A stretch of 61,873 nucleotides of DNA from Dehalococcoidia bacterium (lineage in GTDB: Bacteria > Chloroflexota > Dehalococcoidia > SM23-28-2 > RBG-16-64-32), in the NCBI GenBank assembly GCA_035542855.1, contig DATKKM010000062.1, forward strand, positions 1 to 61,873, given 5' to 3'. The stretch's first letter is position 1, and every line of letters starts with the position of its first letter. The notes below the pieces were generated by a model, which was not told the DNA's origin, did not search any database, and worked only from the letters and a program-made list of their open reading frames with translations. The translations under genes were made by a program, and so were the position numbers. This document shows positions 25,739-34,143 of the stretch, one piece after another.

Positions 25739-26656
25739 TCAGCCGCTACCCGCCGGCTTGTACAGCCTGCGGTCGCGGTCTATGCGGAACTTCATGCTGC
25801 GCCACATACCGGTCAGGCAGGAGCGGTAGTAGGGCCAGTTGCTTGGCTTGCGGCGGATCGGGTTCAGCGCCTCCCGCGCGAAACCACGGGCCAGCCTCGT
25901 CGCGAAGAGCCGGAGCGCCAGGAGATCGCCGCAGCGGACGTGCTTCCAGTAGAACGCCCCGTCGCCGACGCCGTAGGCCTCCAGCGTCTTCGGCCACTGT
26001 TCGCTGTTGCGGACGCCGTAGTGGTCCACCCAGACGTCCGGGGTGAGCAGGCAGACGGCCCCCGCGCGGTACGTCCGGAACTGGAAGTCGAAGTCCTGAG
26101 ACGACTTCAGCGGGCCGCCGCCGCCCAGCGCCTCGTCGAAGCCGCCGATGCGGTCGATCAGGCGCCGGCGCAGGGCGAAGTTCGCGCCCATGCCGGCGAT
26201 GCGGAAGCCGTGGCCTTCGCCGATCTTCTCTTCTGCCGCGATCGGCATGCTTGGCACTTCGCCGGGGCCGTTCTTGAGAGCCGGCGCCACCAGCGTCTGC
26301 CCGTAGAGCAACTCAACGTCCGGGTGCCGCTCGAGGGCGTTCACCACGGCGGACACCCAGGTCGGGGGCGCCACGCAGTCGTCGTCCGTGAAGGCCAGGA
26401 CATCTGAGCGGGACGCTGCGATGCCGGCGTTGTAGGCCGCGGACAGCCCCACGCGGTCCAGGTGCAGGTAGTGATATCGGGGATCGCCGGCGAAGGCTTC
26501 GAGAGCGCGGCGCGTGCTGTCGTCCTTGCTCTGGTCAACGACCGTCAGCTCAAAGTTGGGGTAGCGATTCGCAAGGACAGAGCCAGCGGCCGCGCCGATC
26601 AGGTCCGGCCGGCCAATGGTGCAGATGACAACCGATACAGGCGACGCTTCGCTCAT
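25739..26656 (-). CDS. Glycosyltransferase family 2
   Basis: VSVVICTIGRPDLIGAAAGSVL...LTVVDQSKDDST...FTDDDC. Confidence 0.85.
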   Translation of the reverse strand: MSEASPVSVVICTIGRPDLIGAAAGSVLANRYPNFELTVVDQSKDDSTRRALEAFAGDPRYHYLHLDRVGLSAAYNAGIAASRSDVLAFTDDDCVAPPTWVSAVVNALERHPDVELLYGQTLVAPALKNGPGEVPSMPIAAEEKIGEGHGFRIAGMGANFALRRRLIDRIGGFDEALGGGGPLKSSQDFDFQFRTYRAGAVCLLTPDVWVDHYGVRNSEQWPKTLEAYGVGDGAFYWKHVRCGDLLALRLFATRLARGFAREALNPIRRKPSNWPYYRSCLTGMWRSMKFRIDRDRRLYKPAGSG

Positions 26657-26765
26657 CTACACGAATGTTACGGATGGGCCGTTGCGCACGCGTTGCAGGG
26701 GCGTCAGCGAGCGGTGGAGAACGCCGCGGACGCCCCCTTGCGGGCGTCCGCGGCGTCTCTATGCC

Positions 26766-29700
26766 TTAACTGCTGCTGATCACCAGGTTGTCGAAGTTCG
26801 TGTCCCAGCCGTTAGTGCTGGCGATCGTCACGCTGGTGCAGGTGCCGGTCCAGCCGGTGCTGATGGTGACCAGCGTGTTCGGCGCCACTGACTGAGTCTT
26901 CGTCGTCTGGCCCGTACAGCTTATGGTGACGGTGGTTCCCAGAACGCCGCCGTTGTAGGCCTGCACGCTCACCAGCCGCTGGGCCGTGACGAAGGTGAAG
27001 CTGGCGCTGGTTATGACGCCGCCGTTGAACGTCAGGTTCTTCGTTGTCAGCTGCCCGTACGGCTCCGAGAGCCACCAGTTGCCGTTGCTGCCCCAGTTGA
27101 TGACACCCGTGGGGTACTGGCCCGTCAGCGCCACGTTCTGGCCTGCCTTGTCGTCGAAGATGATCGTCTGCGTGGAGGACGATGACGTTGTGAACGTGAA
27201 GTCGCCGCTCGTAGCCGGATTGTTCGAGCCGTCAGCGCTGAGCACCCGGTAGTGGTACGTCGTCGAAGCCGTCAGTCCGGACAAGGTCACGCTGTGCGAT
27301 GTGACCAGGTTGGAGTCGAGCGTTGTGAGCGTGCCGTAGGACGTCGTCAGGCCGTACTCAACGCGGGAGTTGGCGGGCTCGTTCGTCGTCCACGTGATGG
27401 TGGCGCCTGTGGCCGCCAGGCTGCCGGCCGCCACGTTGCTGATGACGGGCGGGGTCGTGTCCGCCCCCGTGCTCTGGATCACCAGGTTGTCGAAGTTGGT
27501 GTCCCACCCGTTAGTGCTGGCGATCGTCACGGTGGAACAGGCCGTGCCGGCCGCCCAGCCCGTCGTGATCGTGACCATTGCGTTCTTGGCCACGGACTGA
27601 GTCTTGTTGGTCTGGCCCGGGCAGCTGAGCGTGACGGTCGTCGCGGCCGTGCCGCCGTTGTAGGCCTGCAGGCTCACCAGCGTCTGCGGCGTCAGGAACG
27701 TGAACGTCGCGCTGGTGATGGTGCCGCCGTTGTACGTCAGGTTCGTCGTGGTCATCAGGCCGAACGGCTCAGAGTGCAGCCAGACGTTGGTATTGCCCCA
27801 GTTGATGACGCCCGCCGGATACTGTCCGTTCAGAGCCTGGTTCTGGCCGGCGATGTCGTCGAACGTTATCGTCTGCGTCACGACGCTCGACGGTGTGGTG
27901 AAGGTGAAGTCGCCGCTCGTCGCCGGGTTGTTCGCCGCGTCGGAGCTGAGCACACGGTAGTGGTACGTGGTCGACGCCGTGAGCCCGGTCAGGTTGACCG
28001 AGTGCGACGTGATCAGGTTGGAGTCCAGCGTCGTCAGCGTGCCGTAGCTCGTCGTCAGCCCGTACTCGACGCGCGACGTGGCCGGCTCGTTTGTTGTCCA
28101 GGTGATGGTCGCCGATGTGGCGGCCAGGTTGCCGGCCGCGACGTTGGAGATGACTGGCGCCGTGGTGTCAGCGGCGGTGGTGAACGTGAAGTCGACGCTC
28201 GTCGCCGGGTTGTTGGCGGCGTCGCTGCTGAGCACGCGGAAGTGGTACGGCGTGTTCGGCGCCAGGCCGCTGAGGTTGACGCTGTGCGATGTCACCAGGC
28301 TGGAGTCGAGCGCCGAGAACGCGCCGTAACTCGTCGTCGTGCCGTACTCAACGCGCGAGGTGGCGGGCTCGTCCGTCGTCCAGGTGATCGTGGCGCCGGA
28401 CGTAGTCAGGTTCGAGGAAGCGACGTTGGTGATCACGGGTGGCGTCGTGTCCGGCGCGGCGGCCGTGGTGAAGGAGAAGTCGCCGCTCGTTGCTGGGTTG
28501 TTGGCGGCGTCGCTGCTCAGAACGTGGAAGTGGTACGGCGTGGAGGGCGAGAGCCCGCTGAGGTTGACGCTGTGTGACGTCACCAGGTTCGAGTCGAGCG
28601 TGGTCAGCGTGCCGTAGGAAGTGGTCAGCCCGTACTCTACGCGCGACGTGGCGGCTTCGTTCGTCGTCCACGTGATCGTCGCGCCGGCGTTTGTCACGTT
28701 CGTCGCCGCGACGTTCGAGATCACTGGCGGCGTCGTGTCAGCGGCGGTGGTAAAGGTGAAGTCGCCGCTCGTCGCCGGGTTGTTGGCGGCGTCGCTGCTG
28801 AGCACGTGGTAGTGGTATGGCGTGTTCGCCGTCAGGCCGCTGAGGTTGACGCTGTGTGACGTCACCAGGTTCGAGTCGACCGCGGTCAGCGTGCCGTAAG
28901 AAGTCGTCAGGCCGTACTCGACGCGCGAGGTGGCAGGCTCGTTCGTCGTCCACGTGATGGTGGCGCCGGACGTGGTGATGTTCGTCGCCGTCACGGCCGA
29001 GATCGTGGGCGGCGTGGTGTCGGTTGTGCCGCTCTGGATGGACAGGTCGTCGTAGTTCGTGTCCCAGCCGTTTGTGCTGGCCATGGTGACGCTGGAGCAG
29101 GTCGCGGTCCAGCCGGTCGTGATCGTGACCAGCGCGCCCTGGGCCACCGACTGCGTCTTGTTGGTCTGGCCGGGGCAGCTCAGCGTGACGGTGGTCGAGG
29201 CGATGCCACCGTTGTACACCTTGACGCTGATGAGCTTCTGGGCGGTGACAAACGTAAAGGTGGCGCTGGTGACGCCGGGCCCGTTGTACGTCAGGTTCTT
29301 CGTCGTCAGCAGGCCGAACGGCTCAGAGTGCAGCCAGACGCCGTTGCTGCCCCAGTTGATCACGCCGGTGGGATACTGGCCTGTTATCGGCACGTTCTGC
29401 CCGGCCAGGTCGTCGAAGGTGACCGTCTGCGATGTCGGCGAGGACGATGGCGTCGTGAACGTGAAGTCGCCGCTTGTTGCCGTGTTGTTCGCGGCGTCGG
29501 TGCTGATCACGTGGTAGTGGTACGTGGTGGAGGCCGTGAGGCCGCTCAAGTTCACGCTGTGGGAGGTGACCTGGTTGGAGTCCAGCGGCGTCAGCGTGCC
29601 GTAGGACGTCGTCAGGCCGTACTCCACGCGGGAGGTAGCCGTTTCGTCTGTTGTCCAGGTGATGGTGCCGGTTGTGGCCGTCAGATTGGTGGCGGCCACG

Positions 29701-32700
29701 TTGCTGATGCCGGGCGGCGTCGTGTCAGGGCCGCCGGCGCCCACCATGAAGTTGTCGAAGTTGGTGTCCCAACCGTTGCTGCTGGAGATGGTCACCGTGG
29801 TGCAGGGGTTGGTCCAGCCGGGGTTGATGGACATCATCGTGCCGGCCGGGAGCGTTTCCTGGTGACTGAGCTGGCCCGGGCAGCTCAGGGTGACCGTAGA
29901 GGTGGCGGGTCCGCCGTTGTAAGCGTCGATCTGCAGCAGCATGTGCGGCGTAAGGAAGGAGAACGACGCGCTCGTGATGTTCTGGCCATTGAAGGTGAGG
30001 TTTCTCGTATCGAAGAGCCCGTACGGCTCAGAGTGCCACCAGGCGCCGCTGCCTCCCCAGTCGATCAGCCCGGACGGATACTGGCCGGTGATCGGCAGGT
30101 TCTGGCCCGTCAGGTCATCGAATGTTACCGGTTGCACCGTGCTGGCGGTGAAGGACGCAGTGACGGTGTGGCTCGTCGTGCCCACGTTGATGTCGTGGTT
30201 AGCGGCGCCGCCGTCAGACCAGGAGTTGAAGACGTACTGCTGGTTCCCGTTGAACTGCGGCGAATTGGCCGTGATGGTGCGCACGGAGTTGGCGATCGTC
30301 GTCACGGTGTAGGGCGGCGACACTGGCGTCCCGCTGTAAACGATCGTCGGCCCCGTCGATGGCACCGAGGCCAGCGTCAACTGCAGCTCTTGCGGGTACA
30401 ACCAGACGGTGGTGGAAGCCTGGAGGCCGCCGCTGTCGGTGGCGGTCAGCTTGATTTCGAACCAGCTCTGGTCGCCGTGATCAGGCACTGTGAACAGGCC
30501 GTGGTCGCCTGTCAGACTGAGGAAGGCGTGAGTGTGCGTGTTGTGGTGCAGGATGATCGTCCACGATAGGGCCGACGCGGGGATCGACGGGTCTTCCGGG
30601 TCAGTCGCCGAGCCCGCGAACTGGATCACATCGCCGGTCCGGTAGTGGTCAGTCGCCAGGGGCGCGGTGATCACCGGCGTCGGCTGGGTGTTGCCGACGG
30701 TGATCGCTATCGACGCGGTGGCGACGCCGTTGCGGTTGTCGTGGACGGTGAGCACCGCGGTGTAGACGTTGTTCGTCGTATAGGTGTGCGACGGGTTCGC
30801 CTGCGTTGACGTGCCTCCGTCTCCGAAGTTCCAGGAGTAGGTCAGCGGATCGTTGTCCGGGTCCGTCGAACCGCTCCCGTTGAACTGGACCGCCAGCGGC
30901 GCGTGGCCGTTGGTCGGCGTCGCAGTGGCAATGGCGGTGGGGTTGCGGTTGCCTGTCGTTGAGTGCAGCTGCCGCAGTTCACCGCTATTGATCGCCAGGT
31001 AGTAGATGTCGCCGTTGGCGGCCGTCTGGAAGGAGACCGGGCCGTCTGAGCCGCTGTCCGCGAAATCGTTTATCGAGATCACGTTGTCGTTTGCGTCTAC
31101 CTGTGCGTACTTGATCCAGCTTTGCACGTAGTCGGCAAAGAAGAAGGCGTCTTTGTAAGGGGGAGGGTAGAAGGTCGAGAAGTCGCCGCCGACAGCCGCC
31201 GCCCCGCCGCCGTTATGGTTCCAGGCGTAGAAGGGCGCCAGGACTGCGGAGGCGCCCTGGGCCCAGAGGTTGGTGCACACCTGGTAGTCGCCGTACCCGG
31301 TCTGCTTTGGCACGCCCTCGTAGCAGGGCCAGCCCAGGTTCGCGCCTTTGCGGACGATGTTCACCTCTTCCCAGGTGTTCCAGCCCACATCGCCCAGGTA
31401 GACGGTGCCGGTGGTGTCGCGCACGTTCAGGCGGAACGCGTTGCGCACGCCGTAGGCCCAGACCTTGGACCGGTTGGAGTTGGCGTTGCCGTTCCAGTAC
31501 GGGTTGTCAGGGAGGCCCGTGCCGTTGGGGTTGATGCGAAGGACCTTGCCAGAAAGCAGATCCAGGTTCTGCGTGCGTGTGGCGTTGGTGTCCACGAAGT
31601 TGAAGTGAGCCCCATCGCCCAGGGTGATGTACATCAGCCCGTCCGGGCCAAAGTCGATGCCGCCCACGCTGTGAGACGGGCTGTCGGACGGGATGCAGTC
31701 CGTTCCGTCCGGGAAGGCGTTGCAGGTCGAGCCAATCGTGGTGCCCAGCAAGGTGACGGCTGTCGCGATGGAAGCCGTGTCGCCAACCACGGTGACGCGA
31801 ATGAGGCGGCCCGTCTTGAAGCCGTAGTAGTCCCCTGCGTCGTTCTCGTAGGTGAACAGGAGGTACAGGTAGCCGTTGCTGGCGAAGTTGGGGTCGACGG
31901 CCAGCCCCAGGAGGCCGTGGTCCCAGTAGTCGTTCACCTGGGTGTGAATGTCGATCAGCGGCGTCGGCAGCAGGGCGCCGTTCTTGTACACTTTGACGAC
32001 GCCCGTCTTCTCCGCGATGAAGATTCGTCCGTCCGGCGCGTAGTCGAACGTCGTCGGGTTGTCGAGGCCCGTGGCCACCACGTCCTCTTCGAACCCGGGC
32101 ACCGGCGGGATCGCCTGTGCCGAGACCGGCATGTCAGAGCTCGGCACAACCGGCCCCTGGTCCGATGGCTGGTTGAGCGACGCCGCGTTAGCGCCCCACA
32201 GGCAGCCCCTGCCGTTCGCCTCCGCGTCGGCCTGGGCGGCCAGGTAGCGCTGCTTGTACTGGTTGTCTTCGTTCGAAGCGCGGGCCAGTCCTTCGCGGAT
32301 CAGCTCCTCGCCCACGAGCGTGCCGTCCGGCATGAACGCGTGGTAGAGGCGCAGGCCCCGCGCGTCGATGTCGTACGGCGCCTCCTGTTCCAGGTGGACG
32401 CCCGCGCCGGTGAGCTCCCAGTTCTTGGCCGTGGCTTCGCGGCCGCATTCCGTGTTGCCCGCCGGAACGTCGACGCCCAGGTAGCGCACGCCCCAGTCGG
32501 AGCCGTTCCAGAACTCGATGCTGTCGCCATCGATGACGCGGACGAAGGAGAGGTCCAGTGACTGGACGCTGGGCGGGTACGACTCCGGGCTGTTCGCGCC
32601 GGGCGAGTCCGGCCCAGACTGACCGGGATCGCTGTCAGGCGGGATGACCCCGCCTGTGAGCGAGTCCACGGCGGCCTTGGCGTCAACCAGGCCCCAGCCG

Positions 32701-34034
32701 TACTTCGCGTCCCAGCCGGCCGCACCGCCGTCTCGCGCTGTGCCCTGCAGCAGGTTGCGCATCTGGTGCGGGTTCAGGTCAGGCGATTGCCCAAGCAGCA
32801 GCGCCGCGACGCCGCTGACGACCGCCGTCGCCTGGGAGGTGCCGGATCGCGGCTCGTTGCAGAACTCGGTGTAGTTCAGGGTGGCGTGCAGGACCTGTTC
32901 GGACTGGCAATAGGTGTTCTGGATGATGCCGTCTGCCTGCCCGTCGTTGTTCAGGTCTTGCGCAGGGTCGCCGCCGGGCGCCACCACGTCCAGCGCGTTG
33001 CCAACGTTGGAGTAGCCGGTGGCCGTACCGTCCAGGCGCGTCGCTCCCACGGCGATGACGGAAGGAAAAGCGGCGGGACAGGCCACGTTCGTGGCGCCGT
33101 TGCCGGCAGCCGCGATGACGGTAACGCCGTGCGCCTGGGCGTAGTCCAGCGCCGTGGGAAGGCCGGCGATCTCATTGCAGTAGTAACCATCGCCGTCTAC
33201 CGCGCCGGAGCCGGGGAAGGCCAGGCTCATGTTGATGATGTTGGCGTGGTGATTGATGGCGTAGTAGATGGCGTCGATGACGTCCGAAGCCTTGCCGGTC
33301 CCGTCCCAGGACAGCGCTTTCAGCGGCATGATTGAGACGTTGCTGGCGATGCCGGCCGTCCCGAAGCCGTTGTTGGTGGTGCCGCCGATCGTGCTGGCGA
33401 CGTGGGTGCCGTGACCGTTGTCGTCGTTGGCGTCCTCGTCGTTCTCCGTGAAGTCCCACGGGTCGACGACCCTGGGCGGCGCGAACTCAGGGCTCGGCGC
33501 GAAGGAGCGCCCCTGTGCGTCGTGCGCGTACTCGTAGGCCAGGCCGGTGTCGATGATCGCCACCGTCACGCCGCTGCCTTCGTTGGTGGCGCTGTCCCAG
33601 GCGGCAGGGGCGTCGATGCCGCCGGCGCTGTCCTGGAGGTGCCACTGCGACGAGAAGCCCGGGTCGTTCGGTATTTCAGCCGCCTCGGCGATGTAGTTCT
33701 GGCTTGCGCTGAGCACCGAGAGGTCATTCTCGATGTCCGGGATCTTGTCGGCGGCGCGGCCCGGTGGCAAGTTCAGGACGGCGACGCCGGTGTCTTCGTT
33801 GACGCTCTCCAGGACGCCCCCCACGGAGGTGGCGATGCGTTGCGCATCCTGGGTGGTGCTGCCCGCCCGCAGCTGAACAACGATCTCACCCGGAACGGAA
33901 TCGCGCCGGTGCGCGTCCGCGGAAACCTGGGCGGCTCCCAGGTCCGGCCCGGGGGGAGCGTGTGAAGCCGCCAGTACCACAACGGCCCCGACGGCTGCGA
34001 TAGCGAGCACTTTGCCCAAGCGACGCAATCTCAT
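26766..34034 (-). CDS. Giant secreted multidomain protein (2422 aa): S8 subtilase + SNase-like nuclease + PQQ-type sugar dehydrogenase beta-propeller + PKD + 6 FN3-like repeats + 4 copies of a ~135-aa TFDD module
   Basis: ATG 34034 with GGAG 7 nt upstream, then signal peptide MRLRRLGKVLAIAAVGAVVVLAASHA. S8 triad blocks AIIDTG / HGTHVAS / SGTSQATAVVSG. SNase block VRVIDGDSIEF..VRYLGVDVPA. SGDH block GLDNPTTFDYAPDGRIFIAEKTG. PKD block QFNGSGSTDPDNDPLTYSWNFGDG. Confidence 0.85.
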   Translation of the reverse strand: MRLRRLGKVLAIAAVGAVVVLAASHAPPGPDLGAAQVSADAHRRDSVPGEIVVQLRAGSTTQDAQRIATSVGGVLESVNEDTGVAVLNLPPGRAADKIPDIENDLSVLSASQNYIAEAAEIPNDPGFSSQWHLQDSAGGIDAPAAWDSATNEGSGVTVAIIDTGLAYEYAHDAQGRSFAPSPEFAPPRVVDPWDFTENDEDANDDNGHGTHVASTIGGTTNNGFGTAGIASNVSIMPLKALSWDGTGKASDVIDAIYYAINHHANIINMSLAFPGSGAVDGDGYYCNEIAGLPTALDYAQAHGVTVIAAAGNGATNVACPAAFPSVIAVGATRLDGTATGYSNVGNALDVVAPGGDPAQDLNNDGQADGIIQNTYCQSEQVLHATLNYTEFCNEPRSGTSQATAVVSGVAALLLGQSPDLNPHQMRNLLQGTARDGGAAGWDAKYGWGLVDAKAAVDSLTGGVIPPDSDPGQSGPDSPGANSPESYPPSVQSLDLSFVRVIDGDSIEFWNGSDWGVRYLGVDVPAGNTECGREATAKNWELTGAGVHLEQEAPYDIDARGLRLYHAFMPDGTLVGEELIREGLARASNEDNQYKQRYLAAQADAEANGRGCLWGANAASLNQPSDQGPVVPSSDMPVSAQAIPPVPGFEEDVVATGLDNPTTFDYAPDGRIFIAEKTGVVKVYKNGALLPTPLIDIHTQVNDYWDHGLLGLAVDPNFASNGYLYLLFTYENDAGDYYGFKTGRLIRVTVVGDTASIATAVTLLGTTIGSTCNAFPDGTDCIPSDSPSHSVGGIDFGPDGLMYITLGDGAHFNFVDTNATRTQNLDLLSGKVLRINPNGTGLPDNPYWNGNANSNRSKVWAYGVRNAFRLNVRDTTGTVYLGDVGWNTWEEVNIVRKGANLGWPCYEGVPKQTGYGDYQVCTNLWAQGASAVLAPFYAWNHNGGGAAAVGGDFSTFYPPPYKDAFFFADYVQSWIKYAQVDANDNVISINDFADSGSDGPVSFQTAANGDIYYLAINSGELRQLHSTTGNRNPTAIATATPTNGHAPLAVQFNGSGSTDPDNDPLTYSWNFGDGGTSTQANPSHTYTTNNVYTAVLTVHDNRNGVATASIAITVGNTQPTPVITAPLATDHYRTGDVIQFAGSATDPEDPSIPASALSWTIILHHNTHTHAFLSLTGDHGLFTVPDHGDQSWFEIKLTATDSGGLQASTTVWLYPQELQLTLASVPSTGPTIVYSGTPVSPPYTVTTIANSVRTITANSPQFNGNQQYVFNSWSDGGAANHDINVGTTSHTVTASFTASTVQPVTFDDLTGQNLPITGQYPSGLIDWGGSGAWWHSEPYGLFDTRNLTFNGQNITSASFSFLTPHMLLQIDAYNGGPATSTVTLSCPGQLSHQETLPAGTMMSINPGWTNPCTTVTISSSNGWDTNFDNFMVGAGGPDTTPPGISNVAATNLTATTGTITWTTDETATSRVEYGLTTSYGTLTPLDSNQVTSHSVNLSGLTASTTYHYHVISTDAANNTATSGDFTFTTPSSSPTSQTVTFDDLAGQNVPITGQYPTGVINWGSNGVWLHSEPFGLLTTKNLTYNGPGVTSATFTFVTAQKLISVKVYNGGIASTTVTLSCPGQTNKTQSVAQGALVTITTGWTATCSSVTMASTNGWDTNYDDLSIQSGTTDTTPPTISAVTATNITTSGATITWTTNEPATSRVEYGLTTSYGTLTAVDSNLVTSHSVNLSGLTANTPYHYHVLSSDAANNPATSGDFTFTTAADTTPPVISNVAATNVTNAGATITWTTNEAATSRVEYGLTTSYGTLTTLDSNLVTSHSVNLSGLSPSTPYHFHVLSSDAANNPATSGDFSFTTAAAPDTTPPVITNVASSNLTTSGATITWTTDEPATSRVEYGTTTSYGAFSALDSSLVTSHSVNLSGLAPNTPYHFRVLSSDAANNPATSVDFTFTTAADTTAPVISNVAAGNLAATSATITWTTNEPATSRVEYGLTTSYGTLTTLDSNLITSHSVNLTGLTASTTYHYRVLSSDAANNPATSGDFTFTTPSSVVTQTITFDDIAGQNQALNGQYPAGVINWGNTNVWLHSEPFGLMTTTNLTYNGGTITSATFTFLTPQTLVSLQAYNGGTAATTVTLSCPGQTNKTQSVAKNAMVTITTGWAAGTACSTVTIASTNGWDTNFDNLVIQSTGADTTPPVISNVAAGSLAATGATITWTTNEPANSRVEYGLTTSYGTLTTLDSNLVTSHSVTLSGLTASTTYHYRVLSADGSNNPATSGDFTFTTSSSSTQTIIFDDKAGQNVALTGQYPTGVINWGSNGNWWLSEPYGQLTTKNLTFNGGVITSASFTFVTAQRLVSVQAYNGGVLGTTVTISCTGQTTKTQSVAPNTLVTISTGWTGTCTSVTIASTNGWDTNFDNLVISSS
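26769..30130 (-). repeat. Four copies of a ~400-bp TFDD module (approx. 29740-30130, 29035-29425, 27470-27875, 26769-27165)
   Basis: Each begins [VI][TI]FDD.[TA]GQN..[IL].GQYP.G.I.WG and ends NGWDTN[FY]D[ND]. I recognise no family. Boundaries are approximate. Confidence 0.7.
27190..29735 (-). repeat. Array of six ~285-bp FN3-like coding repeats, interrupted by TFDD modules
   Basis: Units start near 29735, 29030, 28745, 28460, 28175 and 27468 (DTT[PA]P[VTG]IS..ATITWTT.E.A.SRVEYG). Neighbouring units share identical DNA runs longer than 40 nt. Boundaries are approximate. Confidence 0.8.
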
Positions 34035-34143
34035 GCTTGTGCTCCAAGACACCATTTTGTTAGCTCCCGTTCTTCCCGGGCGCACCATAGATGCGGATGT
34101 CTATCGCGCGCGCCACCTCACTACTGATTCCGTCATTCTCGTT

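Noticed and set aside
26769-30130. Regularly spaced repeats that could be mistaken for a CRISPR-like or tandem non-coding array.
   Set aside because: The units are 285-400 bp, sit in frame within one long ORF, and encode FN3-like and TFDD protein modules. There is no short repeat/spacer architecture and there are no cas genes.
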